From a virus (lineage: Duplodnaviria > Caudoviricetes), in IMG/VR virus record IMGVR_UViG_3300011442_000011, positions 1 through 55,982 of that record: DNA of 55,982 nucleotides; one strand, 5' to 3'. The position numbers and the translations under genes were made by a program. Positions within the stretch are counted from its first letter, which is position 1. Each line of letters opens with the position of its first letter. Of the stretch, positions 25,630 to 32,815 are shown piece after piece. A model generated the notes under the pieces. The model saw only the letters and a program-made list of their open reading frames with translations, ran no database searches and had not been told where the DNA came from.

Positions 25630-26032
25630 TATGTTTGGCTTCGAAGCTGGGGAATATCTGAACTGCCTCGACTACGAGCATCTCAAGCCTTTCCTCAAAG
25701 CAGATCTAACTGCAGAAGAAACTGAAGTCGCAAAGGCAATGCAAGTCATGCCTCTGGAAGCGATTGACCTTACTGCCAAGGAATATATGGCATTCTGGCT
25801 CGAGAAGATCGAGAACGAACGTGGACTCTCGGTTTGTCGGGCCACGGCGCATTATATCGCCTGGAAGTGGCTCTTGGGCCACGAGGACTCTGACACATTC
25901 CCCGGTTCGATCAACGGTGGCGATGGCGGTTGGTATCAGCGCACAGCCTACGAATACATCAAGAGACAAATGGACAGTGGCGAATGGGATAAACTCAACG
26001 CCGCGGCTCGCGAAAAGGCTGTTCGGAAGTAG
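25556..26032 (+). CDS. hypothetical phage protein
   Basis: GAGG RBS; YMAFW.EK..NERGLS..R...HY.AW.WLLG pattern. Confidence 0.7.
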   Translation: MPETAIVIRIQEEIVARAQERKEHDMFGFEAGEYLNCLDYEHLKPFLKADLTAEETEVAKAMQVMPLEAIDLTAKEYMAFWLEKIENERGLSVCRATAHYIAWKWLLGHEDSDTFPGSINGGDGGWYQRTAYEYIKRQMDSGEWDKLNAAAREKAVRK

Positions 26033-26218
26033 TTTCACCCACTCCATGCGCAAAGCTGCCAAAACGCGCCAAATGCGCGGTATTTTGACCCACCTGGGAG
26101 GCCGTAGGCGGCATTTTGACCTTGCCCCTAATACCCTAGCATGGGGAGCGTTTTTCGCCAATACAGGGCAACGTGGAACGCCGAGCTTGTAACTTGTTGT
26201 AAACAAAGGGTTTAACGC

Positions 26219-26554
26219 ATGGCAGAGCAAGGTTCAAAAGGTCCGCGTTCATTGGTACTGGTAAGCACTACCCTGCCCCGTCAATATGAACTTGAATTAG
26301 AGGCAAAAGGCTATAGAGCTCAATATACGATTATCCTTGACCAAGCGGGTTCTCGATATATTGCCTACTATGCAAATCCCCGAACCAAGCGAATAGTTGA
26401 GATTCAGCGACCCAATTCGCGCAAACAGAAACTCGCGGAAAAGAATCATGCAAAGCTGAAGCGTCTAGGCTGGCGTGTTTCAGCAATCTTCCTCGAACAG
26501 CTTAACTTAAAGTTTGCAGCCGATGCATGGTCTCGGATATTTGCGGACTTGTAA
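26219..26554 (+). CDS. DUF559/Vsr-like endonuclease-fold protein, probably degenerate
   Basis: RAQY..YIAYYA..KRIVEIQ..LKRLGWRVSAIF. Confidence 0.5.
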   Translation: MAEQGSKGPRSLVLVSTTLPRQYELELEAKGYRAQYTIILDQAGSRYIAYYANPRTKRIVEIQRPNSRKQKLAEKNHAKLKRLGWRVSAIFLEQLNLKFAADAWSRIFADL

Positions 26555-26577
26555 TCAGTTTTAAACTGTGGTATATT
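26549..26577 (+). promoter_or_regulatory. promoter with operator-like dyad (copy 6)
   Basis: TTGTAA-tcagttttaaactgtgg-TATATT; 17-bp spacer. Confidence 0.8.
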
Positions 26578-26583
26578 ACTGGC

Positions 26584-26934
26584 ATGAAATATGCAAACCT
26601 TTTCACACGTCGTGGGGCGCTAGGTGATAAGGCGCTCTTGCATCTTAGCAAGATCTACGAGACAAGAAGAGAGGCGGAGCACTACAGCGACGTTATACCC
26701 GATGCAGGCTGGGAATTCGTTACGACACTAGAGATTCGTAACACATTATCGGAACAACGTCAAGATGCAATCTACGCATTATTCACAGACCGAGACAAAA
26801 GATGGCCAGTCTGCATCTGCGGTGAAATTGCGCAGCAGCATCCGTTGAACAATCGTGACAAATGCAGACAGTATCGGCCTAGTAAGCCACTCACTCCATT
26901 GCAACAGGCGCTTACAGACGAACGAGGTCAGTAA
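26584..26934 (+). CDS. hypothetical protein (likely leaderless)
   Basis: ATG begins 7 nt after -10 hexamer; C.CG..H..C motif; TAATG overlap with ligase. Confidence 0.6.
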   Translation: MKYANLFTRRGALGDKALLHLSKIYETRREAEHYSDVIPDAGWEFVTTLEIRNTLSEQRQDAIYALFTDRDKRWPVCICGEIAQQHPLNNRDKCRQYRPSKPLTPLQQALTDERGQ

Positions 26935-27788
26935 TGTTCTTTCCACTGATGATGGCCCGGCCTCTGAAGTCCGATTTCATTCTTGAGCCGGATCAATGGG
27001 CGGCTGAAGAGAAGTTTGACGGGATCCGCATTCTTGCGCATGTCGAGGGAAAATCCGACGACCTCTTCATGGATAAGAAGGTCACTCCGTGGTCCCGCTA
27101 TGGCATCATTCATCCACTACCGACCCACATCCTCGAAGTGCTCGCAAAGTTACCAGATGGTTGGTACGACGGTGAGATATTCGTACCCGGTAAACGTTCC
27201 TACGGCACAACGGAAATCAAGAACCAATCCGAAATGATTTTCGTGATCTTCGACATACCACACCCGCCTTCCTTTGCACAGCCTGATTTAAGCTACGATC
27301 TTCGACGTCTAGGATTATTACATCTTGCAGAGAAATACGGGCTTTACAATTCAGTCTGTATCGCGGCCTCCACACAAGTTAATACCTGGGACGAAATCTA
27401 CGCACTTCGAGATGCAGTCTGGGCGCGCGATGGTGAGGGATTGATTCTCAAGCAGCGCGATTCAATCTATCAGATTGGGAAGCGGCCGAAGACGTGGCTC
27501 AAGATCAAAAAACTTCAGCATGCGACGCTAACAGTGACCGGATTTGTAGCCACGAAAGGTCTGATCATTGATCGTGGGCCTTGTGCGATTGTTCTGCTGC
27601 GTGATGACGAAGGAAACGAAACCGCGGTGAAGACCAAGAATGACGCAGAGTGTCTTCGCCTTGCGAAGCTGCATAGCCAGACACAAGTTCACCCTGAAGT
27701 GGGCCGTCGGCTGTGTATCGAATATCAGGAACGAACGCCGGACGGTAACTACCGGCATCCGCGATGGGATCGATGGGAGGATGAATAA
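26934..27788 (+). CDS. ATP-dependent DNA ligase
   Basis: EEKFDGIR, YDGEI, IFDI, EGLILK, WLKIK, OB-fold YRHPRW. Confidence 0.92.
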   Translation: MFFPLMMARPLKSDFILEPDQWAAEEKFDGIRILAHVEGKSDDLFMDKKVTPWSRYGIIHPLPTHILEVLAKLPDGWYDGEIFVPGKRSYGTTEIKNQSEMIFVIFDIPHPPSFAQPDLSYDLRRLGLLHLAEKYGLYNSVCIAASTQVNTWDEIYALRDAVWARDGEGLILKQRDSIYQIGKRPKTWLKIKKLQHATLTVTGFVATKGLIIDRGPCAIVLLRDDEGNETAVKTKNDAECLRLAKLHSQTQVHPEVGRRLCIEYQERTPDGNYRHPRWDRWEDE

Positions 27789-28012
27789 TGTTTCCGATTG
27801 GCACACATATCAGAACGACATGGAACGATAAAGAGCACGGCACCATCGTAGGTTACGGTGCGATTTGCTGGCCGCACAGCGAGAATTTCAGTGGTGATGG
27901 TGGAGTCATGCATCCGGTCTATCTTGTCCAGATGAACGGTGTGCCGGGGAGCAATTCTCGCGAACGTGCCTGTGTCGCATTTCGTGCAGACCGTGTTGAA
28001 GAGGTGAAGTAA
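27788..28012 (+). CDS. hypothetical protein
   Basis: GGAGG RBS, TAATG coupling. Confidence 0.65.
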   Translation: MFPIGTHIRTTWNDKEHGTIVGYGAICWPHSENFSGDGGVMHPVYLVQMNGVPGSNSRERACVAFRADRVEEVK

Positions 28013-28254
28013 TGCCGATATTCAAGAATCGTTCACAGCACGTCAAGGTCTTTCGGCCCGGCGGATTGCGTTATGCCGAGGGTCGTGCAATTACAGTCAA
28101 TTATGCGATTGCCTCAGCACTCGCGAATTTCTACATGGAATTCGGTGAAGTTCCAAAACAGTCGTATACTGTATTTGAGGTGATTGGTACGACTGGCCAG
28201 TGGATTGCGCAGGTATTTGAAGTGAAGGAAGATCCGAGCAAGGAGCCATTTTAG
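28012..28254 (+). CDS. hypothetical protein (last + strand gene)
   Basis: GAGGTG RBS, TAATG coupling. Confidence 0.6.
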   Translation: MPIFKNRSQHVKVFRPGGLRYAEGRAITVNYAIASALANFYMEFGEVPKQSYTVFEVIGTTGQWIAQVFEVKEDPSKEPF

Positions 28255-28344
28255 GTGAGGGCCGCGAGTCCGAGCATCGAGTGCCAGAGGCCGGGGCAGC
28301 CTCTGTTCCCAGCAACGATCTCGAATTGCGCGACCCTCACCTAA
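28251..28344. repeat. inverted repeat at convergence of the two transcription arms
   Basis: TTAGGTGAGGGCCGCG (28251-28266) / CGCGACCCTCACCTAA (28329-28344), 15/16 match. Confidence 0.75.
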
Positions 28345-28352
28345 TTGTCAGC

Positions 28353-28547
28353 CTAGCTCTGCGGATGCGCCGCGAGCCAAGCCTCGTCTTTTGCCAACGA
28401 CGAAGCGCCCGCCACTTGATATGCAGAGATCACTTCCTCATCGGATGGTTGCGGAAGATCCGGATTGTTTCTCTTGAACAATTCCTTCGCAAGCTTGATG
28501 GCTTGCGGAAGGAGCTGAATCGCGATGTTCACGAGTAGTGGATTCAT
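28353..28547 (-). CDS. small hypothetical protein in lysis-like cassette
   Basis: GAGGAG RBS; amphipathic 64 aa. Confidence 0.7.
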   Translation of the reverse strand: MNPLLVNIAIQLLPQAIKLAKELFKRNNPDLPQPSDEEVISAYQVAGASSLAKDEAWLAAHPQS

Positions 28548-28577
28548 GTCAATCTCCTCAGCTTGATGTCCAGTTGA

Positions 28578-28997
28578 CTACGGAATCTGCGCAAGAATCG
28601 TCTTCGCCAGTGCGATATATGGCGAGAGGAGTTTCTGCGTATTCTCGGACAGGTTCTTGATGGTTTCGTCGAGTCCCGTCGTAACTGTAGTTTTCCAACC
28701 GGCTGGCATCGCCATGATTGTCTTGATGGCCGATTGATGATAGAGCACAACCTTCCTCGTGTCTTCCGTAGATACGAGCGGTGGAGTCTGCTCATTCGCC
28801 GAAATCGTGATGTCGCGCAGCAGGTCGAGAGACTTGATTACCTGCGTGTTGACATATGCGATCTTTGCTTGCGGCGAGAGATTCGGCGGCACGTTCGACG
28901 AACATGCTGCGATCCCGAAACTCATCACGAGGGTCGTGATGAAAATCAATCCCAGAATCGCATTCTGTTTCCGACTGAAGCACAGCAACTGCGTCAT
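28578..28997 (-). CDS. putative lipoprotein (possible spanin-like component)
   Basis: hydrophobic segment + IAAC lipobox; GGAGG RBS. Confidence 0.6.
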   Translation of the reverse strand: MTQLLCFSRKQNAILGLIFITTLVMSFGIAACSSNVPPNLSPQAKIAYVNTQVIKSLDLLRDITISANEQTPPLVSTEDTRKVVLYHQSAIKTIMAMPAGWKTTVTTGLDETIKNLSENTQKLLSPYIALAKTILAQIP

Positions 28998-28999
28998 TT

Positions 29000-29341
29000 C
29001 TATCCTCCCTGATGTCTGTATTTGAGACGACGTTTCCGTTCTTCTTCACTCCAAACTTCACGACGATCGCTTTGTGTTGGAATCAATTTCTGATGTCTGT
29101 ATTTGAGACGACGTTTCCGTTCTTCTTCACTCCAAACTTCACGACGATCGCTTTGTGTTGGAATCAATTTACCGCCGAGAAATGTTGCGATAACCGTAGA
29201 AATCTCAAGGAGGATCTTCCCCACAAATTCAGGAGTATAAATCGCATTCCAGGATTGAAGCTTTGTGATCTCGTTACCCGCGAGACCACACATCATTCCT
29301 AGGGCGGCAAAGAATACTACGTATCCGGTGAAAGTCCTCAA
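29000..29341 (-). CDS. putative holin
   Basis: two hydrophobic helices, highly charged C-tail, GGAGGTG RBS, position after tail genes. Confidence 0.55.
   Translation of the reverse strand: MRTFTGYVVFFAALGMMCGLAGNEITKLQSWNAIYTPEFVGKILLEISTVIATFLGGKLIPTQSDRREVWSEEERKRRLKYRHQKLIPTQSDRREVWSEEERKRRLKYRHQGG
29009..29170. repeat. exact 81-bp tandem duplication (2 copies)
   Basis: 29009-29089 identical to 29090-29170; duplicates KLIPTQSDRREVWSEEERKRRLKYRHQ. Confidence 0.95.
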
Positions 29342-29352
29342 TAGTCACCTCC

Positions 29353-30882
29353 TTAGTGGATGTCTCCGACGACCGTATACGCGCGCATCGAATTCATCAC
29401 ACCGGGGAGCAAAAGGTCTTCACCGGAGTCGAGATCTGTTTCGATAACTAATTCTGCGAGTTCTGTATCGTAAACCCTTACCGTGCAAGGCCATGTCGCA
29501 CGAAGATGCGCCATGTTCTTGATGCCTGCTGGAGTGCAGACGAAATGCGCTCCTTCGATTGCACAGTAGTTCTTGTTGACTCCACGTTCGTTTGGATTAA
29601 TGGAATCGCCTTCCCAGAACTCTTGCGAGGGTAGTGGATGTTGCTGTAGTGGCGGACGCCAACCATCATTCGCTTTACGCCAGCCCTCTACTCCAATCGG
29701 GAGAATTGAATCAGCTTTTCGGACAACACGCATGACTGCATCGATGCCAGGCATTTCCCAGAGATTCGCAGTGCGGTGTCCACCTCCAGCGTTATTGTTC
29801 GGGATACCGTAGACGCCTGCTGCATTGTGAATAACATAGGAACCTGCACCACATATGATCCCGACAAGTCGGTCGTGAGCCAGCTGGAGTGGGTTCGAGG
29901 ACGGGGACACACTGGAACCGGGACCTTTTGGCTCGCCTTGCGAACATGGTCCGGGGAATTGCTTGACATCCCAAGGTTGACGGACGAAGCGCCAGTCCAG
30001 ATCTCCGTAGCTGCGGTCAAGATGGACAGTTGTCATATTGGAGCAGCCAAGCGCAAGTTCGTTATACTGCTCCATAGTCGGAGGATTCAAGCAAGACGAA
30101 ACTGTGAGCACGCCAGTTGCCATGAGTCGCCTTGACATCTCCCGGACTATGCCTACATCCGGAAGGTTATTAAACGACTCATTAACCGCTTCAGCATAGA
30201 GTATCTTATGCTTACGGTCTCGGATAACATTACATACAAGATCCGTAGTATGAAGAGGGTCCCAATGACCGCCACCCCAGATAGTAGCAATAGTCCGCAT
30301 ACCACACTGGTCATACGTCCAATCAATGAGCTCCGCGAGAACTTGCTGATAGTCCGGCCATGTTGGATCATTTTCATTTCCCGGCCAGCCTACCGCGCAG
30401 AGAATTCGATTGGCGTCAACCTGATAGCTTGCAGCCCATTCGATATTCTTCTTTATTCGGTCATTCTCGAATTTCCAACCCCTCGGTGCCCAGAACAGAG
30501 TTTCACCGAGCGGATAGAAAAATCCTTCGTTATCTTGAAATGAGCGGCCCGCCGCACGGACGATGCCGCTACGTACGAAAGGGCGGCTACCCGCCTTTTC
30601 CAATGTTCCCATATCGCTTTCGAATGCGACTGAATTAGTGACTGGATTGATGCTCGTGAGACGTAGGATTCCATGTTCCTCTCGAGCAATATAACCATCG
30701 GCTTCGAGATAACGGGTGCAACCAACTCCATTCGGGACACTGTCTGGAATTGTGACGACGAGCGCTGGAAGATCAGCAACTGTATCGTGAACTGCTTCCA
30801 TGATTTCACCGTTATCGCTACGTAGGCGCATACGTCCGATAACTCCCAGTTCTTTTGGTGTCAGAAAATAAACATATCTCAT
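29353..30882 (-). CDS. clan GH-A-like (TIM-barrel) glycoside hydrolase
   Basis: F.DN.G.F.PLG.T start, EAVNES acid/base-like motif, later H..R and GEP; substrate unknown. Confidence 0.55.
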   Translation of the reverse strand: MRYVYFLTPKELGVIGRMRLRSDNGEIMEAVHDTVADLPALVVTIPDSVPNGVGCTRYLEADGYIAREEHGILRLTSINPVTNSVAFESDMGTLEKAGSRPFVRSGIVRAAGRSFQDNEGFFYPLGETLFWAPRGWKFENDRIKKNIEWAASYQVDANRILCAVGWPGNENDPTWPDYQQVLAELIDWTYDQCGMRTIATIWGGGHWDPLHTTDLVCNVIRDRKHKILYAEAVNESFNNLPDVGIVREMSRRLMATGVLTVSSCLNPPTMEQYNELALGCSNMTTVHLDRSYGDLDWRFVRQPWDVKQFPGPCSQGEPKGPGSSVSPSSNPLQLAHDRLVGIICGAGSYVIHNAAGVYGIPNNNAGGGHRTANLWEMPGIDAVMRVVRKADSILPIGVEGWRKANDGWRPPLQQHPLPSQEFWEGDSINPNERGVNKNYCAIEGAHFVCTPAGIKNMAHLRATWPCTVRVYDTELAELVIETDLDSGEDLLLPGVMNSMRAYTVVGDIH

Positions 30883-30891
30883 CTGAGCTCC

Positions 30892-31761
30892 TTACCAGAA
30901 AAATCCACCACCGATACTTGTAACAACGAAGTTAGCACTGCTCGTGAATGTATGAAGCCAATCGCTGCCAACTGTAGAAATTGAGCCACCCGTTGCGATT
31001 GCATAGCCTTTCTTGAAGCGAATGTAGACTACACCAGATGCGCCATTCCCACCATTAAATCCGTAGGTTCCAAAGATCGGTGCTCCGCCTCCACCGCCGC
31101 CAGTATTCGCAGTTCCGTCAGAAGCGTCAGCTGCGCCACCACCTCCACCAGAGCCCTGTCCACCATTTCCACCAGTGACGTTAGAACCATCTCCACCAGT
31201 CCCACCGCCACCGTTTACTTCACCAGAGCCGCCGCCACCGCCGCCATATTTAAGTGATGATCCGGTAATGTCAGAAGTAATACCAGCACCACCGAAGCCG
31301 CCGACGTTAGTTGCGTCTTGTTCAGCATTCCGTCCGTTAGCACCTGCTCCGCCACCACCGCCACCAAGAATTCGTTCAAAGGCTGGATCACCATTTTGAA
31401 CACGACGACCTTTGCCGCCGTTTCCACCTTGAGAGCCAGTTCCACCGTTTTCATCGATATCAAATCCAGTGACTACCCAATCACCTGCACCACCGCCGCC
31501 TGTTCCTCCATTGAGACCCGCGCCACTCGTTCCTTTTCCGCCGCCGCCACCGTTACATGTGAATCCGAATGCAGACGAGTTATTTCCAGTTCCTCCATCA
31601 CCAGAGCCACCCGCAACGCTTGCACCGACGACTATCGAATAAGTCCCCGGTGCAAGATCTAGCGTCGTATCGCTGACGAAACCGCCGCCACCACCGCCAC
31701 CGGCATCACTCCCGCCAGCGCCACCGCCAGCAACGATAAGTCTGCGAAAGAGGCCAGCCAT
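30892..31761 (-). CDS. glycine-rich tail/virion protein
   Basis: VAGGGAGG..GGGGGGG, ANTGGGGGG, GASGVVYIR, HTFTSS. Confidence 0.8.
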   Translation of the reverse strand: MAGLFRRLIVAGGGAGGSDAGGGGGGGFVSDTTLDLAPGTYSIVVGASVAGGSGDGGTGNNSSAFGFTCNGGGGGKGTSGAGLNGGTGGGGAGDWVVTGFDIDENGGTGSQGGNGGKGRRVQNGDPAFERILGGGGGGAGANGRNAEQDATNVGGFGGAGITSDITGSSLKYGGGGGGSGEVNGGGGTGGDGSNVTGGNGGQGSGGGGGAADASDGTANTGGGGGGAPIFGTYGFNGGNGASGVVYIRFKKGYAIATGGSISTVGSDWLHTFTSSANFVVTSIGGGFFW

Positions 31762-32390
31762 TATGCCTCTTGTGCAGCTCCAATCAAATAGTGCGCAACG
31801 CCAGCTTTGTACATGAAAGCCAGATGCAACACTTTATTGATAACTGTAGTTGTCGGTAATGCAACGCCTCCGGGTTGATAAGAAGTCCCCCAGGATAAAG
31901 ACCGTGCAGTTCCGTTATCTTTGATACGGAAGAAGAAACGATAGCCATCAGGACCTGGATTCGCCATGTTATTGACTGTTAGACCTGCTGCAAGTGCAGT
32001 ATATTCATAGATCTCAAATGCGTTATTATCTGGCGTTAGAGACGATGCGGAAGCGGCAGTGCTGAGACGGCCACCGGGCTGGAATGTCGCAATTGTGCCA
32101 TCACTACGCAAAAAGTAACCAGCAGTGCCGATCGCATTTGGCAATTCCCAACTGGCCCATTCGAGACCATTTCCAGCGTTGTTCACACGCCAGAATCGAC
32201 GAGCTGCGCCGATTGCAGTCCGGGCAAGCGCGGTTGATCCACCACCAGTGATCATATCATTCGCAGCTTGGGAGGCAATTGCAATGCCACCGCCACGGAG
32301 TTCAACCATGTTCAACTGAACTTGATTGTTCCAAAACGATGCTGTCATCAATTGCCCAGCGATAACAGGATCTGGTGTCGTCCAAGCCAT
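31761..32390 (-). CDS. tail fibre protein
   Basis: MAWTTP..V.AGQL.TA..WN start; RIKDNGTARSLSWG..Y..GVALPTTTV C-domain. Confidence 0.75.
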   Translation of the reverse strand: MAWTTPDPVIAGQLMTASFWNNQVQLNMVELRGGGIAIASQAANDMITGGGSTALARTAIGAARRFWRVNNAGNGLEWASWELPNAIGTAGYFLRSDGTIATFQPGGRLSTAASASSLTPDNNAFEIYEYTALAAGLTVNNMANPGPDGYRFFFRIKDNGTARSLSWGTSYQPGGVALPTTTVINKVLHLAFMYKAGVAHYLIGAAQEA

Positions 32391-32398
32391 TATGACCT

Positions 32399-32815
32399 CT
32401 AGTCGGGTAAGCCGTGGTCGCGATTTTCTCGTTTCAGTGTTTCGATGTCTTCGCCCTTTTGTGGGAGAAAATTACGATTCCACTCTAATCGTTTCTCTAG
32501 GACAGCCTCGATAGCTACGAAGTTCGAGGGAATAATTACGTTCGTGTGGATACGGCCACACTCCATGCAACCAGCCATTTTCCAATCTGGATGCACCATG
32601 TTTGCAGCACCGCATTCACAGATAATAATCCATTTATTGTTGCTGATATATGCAAGAATTGGTGTCGTGATGTCATCCGGAAATTGTGGCTTCCGGCCAG
32701 TCCGAGCCTCCCGAAATTCCATAGTCTTCGCTATGAGATTTCGATAAGCCTCGGGTGTCACAAGGGTGAGCCCAAATGGGTTATATTCGTGAAAGTCTGC
32801 AGGTCTTAGAATCAT
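32399..32815 (-). CDS. tail-region protein with CxC/CxxC motifs
   Basis: WIIICECGAA..CMECG..RNF; between tail tip and fibre genes. Confidence 0.7.
   Translation of the reverse strand: MILRPADFHEYNPFGLTLVTPEAYRNLIAKTMEFREARTGRKPQFPDDITTPILAYISNNKWIIICECGAANMVHPDWKMAGCMECGRIHTNVIIPSNFVAIEAVLEKRLEWNRNFLPQKGEDIETLKRENRDHGLPD

Noticed and set aside
29009-29170. CRISPR array or DGR template/variable repeat
   Set aside because: Two adjacent identical units with no spacer, no adenine-specific mismatches and no reverse transcriptase or cas gene
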